Shown here: positions 37,295 through 51,600 of the stretch, one piece after another | How the letters are laid out: every line of letters starts with the position of its first letter | Numbering within the stretch: the stretch's first letter is position 1 | NCBI RefSeq assembly: GCF_037042905.1 | Contig: NC_087246.1 | Coordinates: 1,116,001 to 1,180,000, forward strand | Direction: 5' to 3' | Source: Lytechinus pictus | Taxonomy: Eukaryota | DNA length: 64,000 nt | Made by a program: the position numbers and the translations under genes | The notes under the pieces: model-generated | Seen by the model: only the letters and a program-made list of their open reading frames with translations | Database searches by the model: none | Told to the model about the DNA's origin: nothing

Positions 37295-37587
37295 GACTCG
37301 TATTCTGAAGTCAGGTTTAATTTAAACTGTGGTTTAAACTTGTGGTTTAACTATGGATAGCCAACTGTAAAATAAATCTGTAACAAATCTGATTTATCAG
37401 CTCATCTATTACTCAGATCATTCATAACTGTCTGGGAAAAAAGTTGAATTTGTTTCCATTGCCATTAAAGTATAATGAAAGAGCACTGAAAATAGAATAA
37501 ATATAGAATGCAAACAAAATTTTGACATTTTTGGCTTCCCATAATGAGACCATGGTTTAAGTTAAACCTGACTTCAGAATACGGGCC
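37295..37587. mobile_element. Short MITE
   Basis: TIRs CGTATTCTGAAGTCAGGTTTAA ... TTAAACCTGACTTCAGAATACG. Confidence 0.7.
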
Positions 37588-38373
37588 AATGTGTTTTCTG
37601 AGTGATAAGAAAGATGTCAAATTATAGGAAATGAACTACATAACTGCATTTAAATGTTAAACATTTTAATGAAACGGTGGAGATGGCCTGTGCCCTGTAT
37701 GCTAATTACAAGATACAAGATATTTTATTTTGTCTTCTCAAAATAAAATTAAGGCTGTATGGAAATTGTGAATATTTAAACCACATTTGTGGAAGACTGG
37801 TAAGACTTGAAAAGAAACAAAGTAAAAGGTTACTTTAATTATGAAAATGAAGTCATTTATCAAGTGCTAAATGTATATTCCTACCAGGTACACAATCATT
37901 ACACATAGTCAGCTTCAGCACAATTCGGATGAATTTATTGCTAAAGAAAATTAGTAATATAATTTCTAAAATATGCCTCTGATGTCTTCACTCTAAGACC
38001 AATGCATATCAGTTTTTATATCCATTACTTAAGATTGTTGTATTGAGAGTGTACACAAGGAGAAAAAGAATAGTTTGATTACGAAAAACGTTTGCCATGA
38101 AATAGTTCATTTTCCTTGCTGACATCACGCATAGTCCATTTTTTCTCTAGGGAAAGAGTGAACTATACGTTTTTTTTTACCCCCCCTGCCTCGCGATTCG
38201 CGAGCAGAGCGCTGCTTAGCCAAACGGTACTCTCCACTGCATGCCACGGGAAACAGACGATCCATACGGCAAGACTTTAATATTATTTTCTCAACTTCTC
38301 AACGATTGTTCTATATCGACTTATTAAAAATTGTTTCGCTGTAAAATGGTATGAGTGGAAGGGATATAAAACA

Positions 38374-38536
38374 AATATACAATGACCCATTCTCGGAACA
38401 GGCTAAAACTATTCGCACTCAGGAACATCAGATAGTAGTATTTTCCCTCGGGCCGATGGCCCTCGGGAGAATAGTACTATGTGATGTTCCTTCGATGTGA
38501 ATAGTTTTAGCCAGATCCTCGAGTGCCATTGTATAT
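38374..38536. repeat. ~160-bp imperfect palindrome
   Basis: Arms ATATACAATG..GCTAAAACTATTC..AGGAACATCA..GGGCC and their reverse complements surround a GAT loop. Confidence 0.8.
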
Positions 38537-38793
38537 TTGTATATTATGACCACTGAATTAAAAATGAGGAAGTACTTGTCTCAGCAAGATATTCAAGATT
38601 TAATGTTATTATATGCTGTGACCATGGCAACATAGTACCCAACATATTAAAAGATTATGTCATGCACATCTTCACTTCGAGACAAATGTGTGCGCCATGT
38701 CTCATGAGCATTGGGCAGAAACTAAGAAGGTAGTTTGATCTCTAAGATTTGCAAGTTGCAGAAGCCACCCATCCATATGCTTATTCTTAAAGT

Positions 38794-39147
38794 ACCCCCT
38801 TCAAAATTTCTTTGGCGGAGGTATAATTCATTCCATTGTTGGGATTCCAAACCCTGTCCCTCTGCTTTAAAGATGTAAGAACTATCAGACCATAATAAAC
38901 ATATAATAATAATAATGTCCAACATTTATATAGCGCTTAATACAATGTTCCTAAGCACTGCAAACTATTACCCCTTCAAAATTTCTTTGGCGGAGGTATA
39001 ATTCATTCCATTGTTGGGATTCCAAACCCTGTCCCTCTGCTTTAAAGGTGTAAGAACTATCAGACCACAATAAACATATAATAATAATAATGTCCAACAT
39101 TTATATAGCGCTTAATACAATGTTCCTAAGCGCTGCAAACTATTACC
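38794..39147. repeat. ~175-bp direct tandem duplication including a SINE-like tail
   Basis: CCCCTTCAAAATTTCTTTGGCGGAGG...GCAAACTATTACCC occurs twice. Confidence 0.8.
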
Positions 39148-39671
39148 CTGGCTTTAGCAGGGCTACCCTGATCTGGCGCTTGAGCATTCAAGAAATTTCT
39201 TGCTACCGGGTTTACTACACCTGGGTGTAGTAATGTAGATGATTCAATATCACTACAGAGAAATATTTCATTTAAAATGAATAGTCAGAGTGGAGACACA
39301 CAAAGTACTAAACACAATGTCTAGTTGACTCCAGTACTATACATGTAGATATAAGTTGATGATTTTACAGGAGTATGTGATAAGCTGGTAATGTAATAAA
39401 CAAATCCGTAGCCTCCTGACAGATTGTTCAATCTGATATTGTGGCAATCTATCATCTATGGAAGCAGTACTCCTTCTCCTTGATATAGAATGATTTCAGT
39501 ACTCATGAGGAGTCATTGACCAGAGTTCATTACCAGACAATGTAAGAATGCCCAAGTCTGTGAAGAGTAATGAATGCCATTTTGCATCATAAATATACTT
39601 TGACTGGTTCATTACTGGTACCAGACCATGTTTGAGTCTTTGAAGAGTAATGTAATGAATGCCATCTTGAA

Positions 39672-42600
39672 TCATAAATATAGTTTGATCAGTTCATCAC
39701 TTATACCGGAAGGTGTAAGAACGCCTAAGTCTGTAAAGAGTAACGTGATGAATGCAGGAGGAGTGTAGTCAATGAGAGGATGTTCATGATTTAGATCAGC
39801 ATTGAGCTTCATTTTAGAGGCCGGGTACTGCAGGGTATAAAAGAAATTAAGAGAAAGGAAAATTACAAAGAGGGAAGAAAGATAGAGGAAATATAAAATT
39901 GGGGAAGGAGAGGCACAACAAAACTGTAGGCATCATAATTCACTGATAGACAAAACAACCAGCATCTTATTATTTTATAAGTGTACAGTCCTCACGCAAT
40001 CAAAATTTCCTTGTTTATGACACAGATTTGTTACGTTGGGTTTCAGTAACAAGTTTAAAATACATATTAGTAAAATCTGTCAGAGATATGTCTTTTTATA
40101 ATGACTGCTGTTTTTAACTACTACTATTATTATTTAACTATTATTAATGTACATTTCCAACAAGAGTTATGATATTCATTTTTTTTCCAGTTTTATTTAA
40201 TCAGGGTGGCCTCATCAGTTGCACAAACTGCTGTCCTTGAGGGCCCTGAGAATATGATGTTCCAAACAACACAGGTTATAATGTTATGATACCTCATTAT
40301 CTGCCTAAAATTATACGAACTAATGTTGTTCAATGAGAATTTTAGGATATTTATTCTTCCATTACATAATTCATTTTCACAATACAAGCGAAAGTTTGCT
40401 CAACTGCTTTTTTAATTATTATGGAAATGAATAAAGAGCATAAGCAAGTGGATATTCAAACAACTTAAAAAATGCAATTCAAAAGAAAGAATCACAATGC
40501 TACTAAATGATAAAAGGATAAAATTTCTTTGCAAATGATGTTTCTGAAGAAAACATCTTTGTATGCTCATGGACACAAGTCACACAATATACATTCTCTA
40601 AATGTAGATAGGTCATCATGAAGCAACTTGATATATTATCTTGTAAATTAAACATCTTTAAATTGACTAATAAATATACTCTTCAGAGTTGCTTCATTTT
40701 AAAAGAGAAAGAAAAGAAAGTTTACCTTATATTCATCAGGGACATCTTGTTGGTTTAATGGGTAGATCATTCTAACAAACTTGAAACTCTCTGCTACAAC
40801 ATAGACTGGTTTATTAGCCACTTTAGCACAGCTTGCTATCTGATAAGTCCCTATCTGCAATGAAACAAAATAAAACAATGATCTTAAAACTCTATTCTAG
40901 GATGTAGACTGGTTTATGAGCCACCTTGGCACAAGTTCCAATTTCTATAAAAGTATAAGAGCTTCAGCAAATTTATGCTTTTCAAAGCTCTTTTTATTTG
41001 CAGTCACTCGAAACCCTTTAAGTACTGAAGTCAAATAGAGAAACAGTTTTTTTTTAACCTAGCACAGGAATTGTAAATTTTAATCTCCAACTGTACAATT
41101 GGATAAAAAACTCCTGCCAATAGCACACTGTAGGTCACTATGATTTATAATTATTACTTCTAGTTTGCTTATTTGTTTGTTTATTTCCCCTATGTTAGCC
41201 CATTGTTTCTTGTTATTTGTTGTTCACTCTTTATGTATGTACTATATTAATTTGTATTTGATTGTACCATGGTGGTGCCACACTCACAAGTTTTTTTAAA
41301 TGAAAACTTCTAGGGGCTCCCAATCCCATGTTTTTTACCTAACTTGTATATACCTGTATTTTTATGATTTATTGATTAAAATAAATTTTGAATTGAATTT
41401 AGGTATAGCATACAAAACAAAAAATAAGGATTCTTTAAGAATGACATCTTTGTATTTAATAGACATGTGTTTTATATTTTGATTTAGGAATTCAAACATT
41501 TGTCTGGAAGTGGCATACAAGGCAGGTGATAGTTGGACAAATTCAATCCCCTCTGCTTATGATTGTAAATCATGAGAAAATACCTGATGGCTGAGGTGAT
41601 GCTGTTTCCAATCGATAAGTGTGGAAAGTTTTACTTGATGAATCTCCTGGAAGACACTAACCTTATTAATGATACCTCCACTTTCAACGATCCCTTCTGC
41701 TCCCATGATCACCATGTCAATCCGCTCCATCAAGTATCTACACATACAGAACACAATATATGAAGGAGTAAACAGCTGCAATTTACATAAAGGATTTAGA
41801 TTTGAGACCATGTTTGACAAATATTCCATGAATTTAATGAATAATCTCAGGGAGGTTCAACGATGAAGAACAGGGTGCTCAATTTTTATAAATTGTTTAA
41901 AAGTATTGCTTTGGTCTAGGTCTCGATCTAGAAATTAGTCTTAATCTTATTTACAGTTAGCCATGTGGAATTGGAAACTTACCTGACTTTGCAAAGCAGC
42001 TTCCATTCTCTATTTTGGAAACTCTAAAGATTTTAACTTCCTGAACACACCTGTACCTTGCCAAGTATATACACTCCTATATTACAAAGTAAACATGATT
42101 TTAGATGTTTAAAGACCCTGACCGGTGTAAAAACAATCATATATCAACATAAAGATAATGATTCATACAATACGAATATACCAAAAATATTACATATATC
42201 TCCTTCCAATAGTTAAAAATATTAAATAAAAATCAAAGAAACTGCTCCTCCAAAGTACGCTTCGATTGAGCACCCCCACGTCGCCTGGAAATGATGACGT
42301 CACGTTGTGTCAGGAGGGTTGTGATTCCATAGGTTTGTGTACAAAAGCATTGGGTATTTTCTTCCATTTCCATGTTATGAATCCATTTTTTTTTTCGTTT
42401 TCGGATGAAAATGGCACTCAAAATTATTCACTGTTCAAATTGTTGTAAACCTACAACTATTCACTACCTTTTTTGTGATTTCTTTGTTTGGCTCTTATTG
42501 GGCCTAAATTGCTATGTCAGGAAAAGTTGTTATACATAATCTAAATGCAGATAGAATTGAAATCTGCGCCAAATAAGCAGGAAATAAAATATGGCAAAAA

Positions 42601-45600
42601 CTAGTTCAAAACTGCAGATTTCATAAATTCAAGCTTGTGGGTAAAAATATATGTGATATCCCTCTGTGTTTGAAGTGAAGAGAATGAAATGCGTTATCTG
42701 GAAAGCAAAAAAATTACCCAGTTTTTCTGTGTACAAACCTATGGAATCACGACGCTTCTTACACAACGTGACGTCACGGTCTCGAGGCAGGTGAAAAGCA
42801 CAATAAAGCCTATTTTCTAAGCGGGGTTCGAAACCCGATAATTGGAATATTCTTAAGCAAAATACTCAGCTGGGAAGCGGTGAAAATGCATAAAGCATAC
42901 CTTGGTGTATTTAGTAGCTTAAAAGCTTTCGATTGGTATATAATTTATCAATTTCATTTTCGGGTCCGGTCTGGATCTTTAAGTACTTACCCTGCAGCTG
43001 AGTCAAGGATGATGACGGTTGGTATCCCATTGTCTTCTAACTCCTTGGCCATCTTCAATCTAGGAAATCAAAAAAATCACATTGAAAAGATGATACATAG
43101 AAATAAGAATGAACTGAAATTAAAATCTCCTAATTAGGTACAATGAAACATGTACAGAAAGATCACCAAAAGGGAGAAAAAACTGCAGTCTTATCAGGTG
43201 GTTTTTATTGATAGAGTAGTAAGAGTACATGGTTGGATGTAGAAAATTTGGAAAGAAATTGAACTCTGTTTAGACAGGTGATCTTTCTATTCAAGTAATC
43301 ACTGAAGTCAGTTCTACTGTATTAACATCCTATTTCCAGGATAGTATAGGAGTCATTTATGAAAATCATTGAACGTCATATCATTTTACAAATGCATCAA
43401 ATTAATAAGACACAGGAGTAATTGGTGTTATATATAAATTCAAACATTTCACAACAATGTTGAGAATAAATGAGTCTGTGGAAACCTACATTTAGGTCCA
43501 TTGAAACTACCTACAATGAAATGGGTTGATGCAATAAAAAGTTTTGCTTAACCATGCATTTGAAAATGCATTTTAAAATTGTTTTAAACATTTCAAAACA
43601 TTTAAAAAAGGGTAAGGCATATTGATTATATCTGGAACTTTAATAATTTCCTGTAGTGGGGTGCCTGTAAATCATCTACACTGAAAAGACGTGATAGCTC
43701 AGTCAGTTGAGAGTTGGCCTCCAATCCAGCAAACTGTGTTGATTCTAAGTAGGTGCGCTAGTGCTGTATGAAAAGCCATTTATCTTACATGCCACAGCTC
43801 TCTTGCATAAAAGCTACTATTATGAAAATCCATATTTTATTGTTCAAAATAGACATGAAATACTCCGAAAATTTGCTCTGTCCAATTGATCATAGGCCCA
43901 ACAGCCGCTGTGCAGCGCCAGATCGACGAGGCTCTTTCCCTTAAATGTTAAACGCCAAAAAGGTTAGCAGCAACTCCCATCTTTTAACATCTTTTAGTCT
44001 GACGCGGCCGGGCTTTGAACTCCTGACCTCCCGGTTGTGAGACAGATGCTCTACCAACTGAGCCAACACACCAGTATGTTATGGTAACTACCATGGTAAC
44101 AATGCTAAGCAGCCAATGAGAATCAAGTATTTCAGGAAAGTTACGATTTGTGCAACAAGGCCTGGGTCAATCAGGGAGGAAACTAAGCCCATGGTCTCCT
44201 GGATGCATTAATACTAACAAGCATTCCTACTTTGTTAGCAGTCATGTACAAACAAATACCACCACTTCTCACTGGACTAGATTCTCAAACAAATTGAATT
44301 ATTTCTTGGGCTTTATAACACAAAGCATATCAACTGATTGCACATCTATTATTAACTATTGATTACATAAACCATTACGTGTGATCGATTGTACAATCAG
44401 CTTTTCCAATTGATTATTGAGCTTTGTGTTACAGGCTACTACCTCTCACCCTGATTTATCTGGACAAGATTCAGTAACAAACACATTGAATCGTTTCTTA
44501 GCTTTGGATGCCTCTATGAGAACCTTCATAACAACCCGAGAATAGGAGTGGGTCAGAACATTCTAAAAAGAAAAACAAGAGATACATATGTTATTTATTT
44601 TTATTAAAGCAATCACAATATGTCTCTTTGCTGCATTTTAAACTTGATTTTTTTGTAAGTAAATTTATGTGTAAAAATGGTATTCACATTTAAAATGGCA
44701 CACATAATCTCATAATAATAGTATACATGTAATACCCAATATTAATAAAGTGCTTTTCCCAAATGGCCAAAAGCGCTCTCAGTTTCAACTTAACAGACTG
44801 ACCTCTTTTAAACTAAGCAGGATTTTTTTTTTTTCAGGAGCTACTTTTCACAACCTCCTGTCTAAATCTGCTATACTGTATTGTACAAACTTTGAACAAC
44901 ATTGCAGGGAATGGGGATTTTCCAGGGATCTTTTTTTTTCAAGGCTCTTTTGGTTATTTGGGGTCAAAATCACCCCTGTGCAATTTTTCCCTGCTACTAA
45001 AAAATCCTTGACAAGAGATTCTGCTTTAAACTTACATTTTTGGCATGAATACAGATACCAATCAACGCTGAAAGCCAAGAAATATTAACAAATTACTAAG
45101 AAACATCCCCAAAGTCGGAACATTCTTAAATTTCCTATAGAATACTACAGACAAATTTTCACAAAAATTGAACAAGAGTGTCGCTAAGGCGAGCACATAA
45201 TACACCCGTCTGTATGTTCACGGAAACTGGAGTATTGGTCAAGCAAGAAAAGTGGAAGATGGCGACTTCACCTTTGACCTTCTGACCTCAAAATCAATAG
45301 AATTGCTAGGATCTATGCTAGTATCATACACACCAAACTATATGAGCCTAGGTTAAGTTCAACTAAAGTTATCGCGTTAACAAGGACTTCAGAAGGGTAA
45401 GATGAAAACGTGTCACTGTGATCTTGACCTTTGACCTTTTGACCTCGAAATCGATAGGCTTGCTGGGATCCATGCTAGTATCATACACACCAAATTATAT
45501 GAGCCTAGGTTGAGTTAAACTGAAGTTATCAAGTTTACAAGGACTGCAGAAGGGTAAGATGAAAACATGTCACTGTGAGCTTGACCTTTGACCTTTTGAC

Positions 45601-48600
45601 CTCAAAATCTATAAGCTTCCTGGGATCCATGCTAGTATCATACACACCAAATTATATGAGCCTAGGTTAAGTTAAACTGAAGTTATCGCGTTTACAACGA
45701 CTGCAGAAGGGTACGATAAAAATACGTCACTGTGACCTCAAAATCAATAGGCTTCCTGGGATCCATGCTAGTATCATACATACCAAATCATATGAGCCTA
45801 GGTAAAGTTAAACCGAAATTATCGTGTTTACAAGGAAAAGTTAACGGACGGACGGACACCGAGCGTGATACCATATGTCCCGTCGAGATGGGCGTATAAA
45901 AACACTGGTTAAAATGGCAATTTTCTTTTCCCCAAAATATGTATATTCTGATCAAATACAATCTTTGGTAGGTATGTGACAATGAAGGATTTCAATGCTG
46001 CCATGGCTTTAAACAGCTCAAGAAATCTCAACTAATTCTTTTCTTTCTTGGATAATTTCACATGAACAAGGAATGGTATTCCATTGGACTCCTTACCAGC
46101 ATGCTTCATGCCAATACCACAATACAATTAACAGTCTAATTTTCCTCCATGTGGGGAGCATTTCATCATCAATGATTTTCCCTGACAACTGTTATAAGCT
46201 ACTGAAATCCTTGCATTTGATTGGCTCATAACAAATTAGGCAGTGAAAATCTTCCCAGAACTTACTGCTCCATCGGTGATGAATGGATGACCAAGCTTAG
46301 CAATCTTATCTCTTGACCCGGCTACAGTGTCTAGGTACATATTACCTCGGTTTACTAAGATCTTCTTGCATTCATTAAAATTCTGAAATGAAAATAAAAG
46401 ATGATGGAAAGAGGAATAAACATAATGAATAAAAGACTTAAGAAAAGGACACAAAGCACATTTTTCAAGACTTGAGAGACTGCAGATCAAACAAACAAAG
46501 AAGACACATAAAATGGAAAGAATGAATCTAAAAAAATTTTGGTTTCCTCTGTAAGTTATAGATTAATTCAACACTGTAGACCATTCTTTACTTAAACCAC
46601 AAATATAAATGACTACAAAAAATCAATAGGCTATCATTGAATAAGTCAGTACATTGGCATTACCAGGCAACCCCCAAAATACCCCCCCCCCATAAAAAAA
46701 AAAAAAAATGGCTGCTTCAGTGATACATTTTGAGAAAGCATATATGAGGCCTAAACAAAACAAAGAAACTATGATTCACAAGACAAAATGAAATAATACA
46801 CCTTGTGATCTAAGGCTGCAAGAGTGATAAATCTTAGGAACAGCTCGCATCCTGATGATATAGCTGTTACTGAACTATCTGTTTCCATCAACCATCTGAT
46901 ACATTCCTTCAGCCCATCTCGAAGACCAGCTAATGTCTCAGCTGTATACATACATGTACAAACATAAACAAAACATATATTTAGTGGAAATACACCTTAC
47001 TGATGTGACGTTTTGCCAATTTTTAATTGGTTTCTTCAGGCGAATGACAAACTCACTGAAGGGGAGACCCTTACAATGTTTGAGAATGAACCCATCCCCT
47101 TAGTGGGTTTGTCACTTTTTCTCTTGATCAAGTAGATAAAGTCTTATTTGTTCTTGTTCTGACTACAGATATTCTTTTTATATTTTATTCATCAAATGCC
47201 TTGGCCCAAAATTAAATTGAATTCTAAACTTTTTTTCCTAACAAAATAAAGTCTGTGCCTTTGTGGGCTACTTATAATTACTTTCAATCAACAGAGGGTC
47301 ACAAAAATACATGCTAAATATTACAGTTTTTTAACACTCTGGTGAATAAAACAAACAATCTCTAAGATTATAAAGAAAACAAATGATCATAAATGAATGG
47401 ATTTAGTATCATTTGTTATGAAAGTAATATTTCAGAGACTTTTTGGAGTGTGTGTTTTATGTTGCATAGACTCAACACAGGCACAGTGGTTGCAGACTGC
47501 AAGTACCAAGCACTCCTGATTAACATTTGTTTGTATACCTTTTAAAAAAAAATTAGTAAATAGTATAGGTAGTAGCACCTTGACTTAATTTCAGGTATTC
47601 AATCAGAGTGTTGATAGCAGCCACTGCAGCAGAGATGTCCTGGTTTGTAGACATGTACTCAGTGAAATACAGAATAGCATCTGCAAATGAGAAGAAAGAG
47701 TCAATATCAATGTCTTATATTTACCAACAAATTATGTTCCTGGTATTACTAGTAGTATTACATTTAATTTGCTTTGATTTTTTTTCTTAATGTTAATGCT
47801 GAAAATGATGGTCTTAACTACATGGCTCATTAGACACATGTACATCGCACTTGGTTTGTTAACTTACAATGTAGTATGTTCAATCTAACTCTAAAGAACC
47901 AGGCTTGATCACCGAGATGACAGAGAATCTCAACCAGCCTATACTCTTGCCTAAAGACACCAACTCCTAAAACTTATATCCTACTTTAAAGTTGTTGAGG
48001 CACTGGTTCCTGGTTTTTATGTTATCGGAAACTTTTACCCATTTCTCTATTAGAATATTTTAACCTGAATTGCAATATACATTCTTATCCTACGAGAAAT
48101 GCAAATAATTTTCATCTTCCTAAAATAAGAACGTCACTGTCTCAACAATCCATCATTTATCAAGGTCCTGTAGTTTGGAATTCACTAACAGATGAAATAC
48201 GCAATGCAAAAACACTTAATTTATTCAAAACACAGTTCAAAAGATACCTTCTTGAGAAATACAGTGGCTGAATGATGTATAGTTTATGTATAGCACTTGT
48301 ATTATTATAATTATTGTAATATTATGTTAGGGCATGGCACTTTTTGATGTCTTGGTTCATTGTTTATGTGTATTTTTAAGTTATTTTGTTTGTTTTTAGA
48401 AATGTTTTTGCTATATCCCTGTTATTGCATTTTCTATGTCACCTTTTCGTTTTAATAATGGGTCGGCCTAATTATAAGGATTTTTTTCCTTTTTGGCTGC
48501 CACCCCTCAGTATGATTCTGAATCATAATGCAATTTTTAGACTGTCTTTTACACTGATTTGTAATACATGTATTTTAACTTTGTATTATATTTGTTTTTT

Positions 48601-51600
48601 ATGTAAAGGTTTTACTGAGAGAATAAAACAATTTGAATTTGAATTTGAATTTGAATACCCTTCCTGTTGATAATTTTTTGACAATGACTAAAGCAAGGCT
48701 ACTACTAGACTGATAAATCCAATGTTTTGGAGGAGTTTTTTTCAAAATTTTCTGAATTTTTTTGTCCTCCTCCTACACAGACAGATGATGGCCATTGCGC
48801 TCATAATGCAGCCTTCTACCATAGTCCATTTCCTTCAGGGTTGGTACTAGTTTGGTTGCTCGTCGCTGGACTTTCTCAACAGCCTTCAAGTCAGGAGCAT
48901 ATCGTAGGTACCATATTCCGTTCGCGTATTCCAGAATTGATGTCACAAGTGACCTGTACAACCTCTTGATGTTTTCTTTGTCTCTATGCAAGAAAGTGCG
49001 TCGAATCATAGCGAGCACACAATTTGCTTTCAAGACTGTGAATGATATGAATCAAATTTTCGCTAATATTCCTCAAATACTACTTAAGCGCTGATTTTTC
49101 TTCTCGTTGACGAACTATGGAGTTTAGATGTTGTTTGAAGGTTTCCATGGTGGCATGTACAATCGCTGATGTGGTTTACGGTACACCATGTGGAGTATTA
49201 TAGAAACAGTGGATAGAAGAAGAAAAAGAAAAAGAAAACAGAAATGGATAGGCGAGAAAGTGGAAATTTGAGAGTAGAGTAATCTTTCTTGAATGTAGTC
49301 CTGAAAAGGACTGTAAACCAGAAGAGATTGATGAGTTGAAACAGCTTGACTAGTAGGATGGATGAGGTGCTGGCTTGAGTCGGCGAGTAGAGATGATGAG
49401 CAGAAGCAGTAGAGAGACTCGACGTTTCGGGCAGGTTGACTGTCCGTCTTCAGTTTACTCGCCGTTTCCCAATTTTTCGTCTCAAGAGGGTGCGCAATTC
49501 ATATTCATATCAAAGACACTACAAGGGAAAGACTAGGCACCAAAATCATTTTACACTTAAATCGATGCAAAGCATTACGCGGAGTCTGCAAAGTGTCCAA
49601 TCTTTCATTATAGAGCTGAATTAAGGTTGTGAATTGTATTAGCGCCACCATCGAGCTTCCTTTTATTTCCATGGTAGAGACATGTGAAGCCACTTTCCAG
49701 GCCGAGGTAGGCGAATTTGCTTGTTTAAGTCGTTTTATGTGCTTTTTATAGAAAAAAATAATAAAACAATTAAAAACGGATAGCCACTAACTCCAGTAAC
49801 TGGAAAGAGCCCCAGTGAGTAGCGGAATGAGTTTCCGCCAACATTATTCCTGTTATGCAGCGATGTTAACCGACTACTAAAAAAAAAAAAAATTGTGTAA
49901 TCACGTTTGTAACGCAAAGTTGATATAACATACTAATCTCGCAATAGATGTGAGTGGGCTACTACTATTAGTATTAGGCCAAATCCTTTTTAATTCTCTT
50001 TATTCAATCCTTCCTTTAATTTCTTTCTTTTTCTTTTCTTTTGATCTTTTTAATTGTTATCTCCATCTTTCCTTTATTTTGTTTCAAGATTGTGATCTGA
50101 GCTGAATTAGTCAGATCACTAAAATGGCCTTCTCTCCAACCATGAAGAAAGGACAGCAGACTAACCTTATTCTACAAATCTCACCATAAAAGGAAGCCGC
50201 TGTAAACATCCCTGAATATGTGTTGGAAGCACCAAGATCAGTAAGAGCCAACAACAGCCGATTGGTACCACTTCAATGTGGAACAAAAGCCTACCTCAAT
50301 AGTTTTATACCAAATACAATAAAAGACTGAAACAATCTCCCACCAGAAATAAACTAGCACATCACTGATGTGGAGCTCATCCGGCATCTCGCAGCAAAAT
50401 TTAACACAATTTTTAACTTCAGCCCAGTTGACACTGTAGTGAACTATATTGGTGACATGAATTGAGGAAACAGAATTGAAATTGGTGAACCTCATGAGGC
50501 TCTCAGATGGAACCAAAAAATCAAAATCTGTCAACAAATAAATAAGCATTTTTGTAAGTTTTGAAAAATATGCATAAATTAACATATCTAATGAGTTTCT
50601 AAGTTCTGTGTAGAAACTTAGTATGACCACCTAGAGCTGACATATATTTAAGCAAACAAATTTGAAATTGATCAACAAATGAAGGAGAAAAGGTATTTTT
50701 TGTGATTTATGAATAAATTTTGCATAAATTAGCATAAATAATCTTCTAGCCAAAATTTCAAAATTCTGTGTGGAAACTTGGTTACCCTCATGTAGCTCTA
50801 CCAAATGGATGAAAAAAAAAATCAAAATTGGTCAACAATTAAAGAGGCATTTTCTATGATTTATGAATAAATTTCCAATAAATTAGCATGAATAATTTTA
50901 TACTCGAAATTTTAAAATTCTGTTAAAAAGTTTGGTGAACCCCATGAAGCTCTACAAGATGGAAGAAAATAAAATAAAATAATAGACAGTTCTTGTATAG
51001 CGCATAACACATAATGAATAACATCTCTATGCGCTTCCAAAGGACTTGGATTATTACCCCAGCTGTAGCTCAAGCAGCTTTCATGCACTCGGCATTTCAA
51101 GGAATAAATTCCTGCCAGGTACCCATTCACCTCACCTGGGTTGAGTGCAGCACAATGTGGATTAATTTCTTGATGAAGGAAACCACGCCATGGCTGGGAT
51201 TTGAAAAAAAATTCAAAATCGATAAACAAAGAAGAAGCATTTTATGTGAAGTTTTAAAAATACATTGTATGCATAAATTAGCATTAAAAAATTTTTTAGT
51301 CAAAATTTTAAAATTCTGTGTAGAAGTTTGGTGAAACTCATGAAGCTCTACCAGAAGAAAGCAAAAAATCAAAATCAGTCAACAAATAAAGAAGGAGGAG
51401 CATTTTTGTGAATTTTGAAAATTGTGCAAAATTTAGCATATATAATGAGTTTCAAAATTTTGTGTAGTAGTTTTGAATCCCCACCTAGTGCTATCATATA
51501 TAGCAAACAGAATTGAAATTGGACTTGAAATGACGAAGAAGTATTTTGAAATTCGGTCAACAAATAAATAAGAGGCATTCTCTATGATTTATGAATAAAT

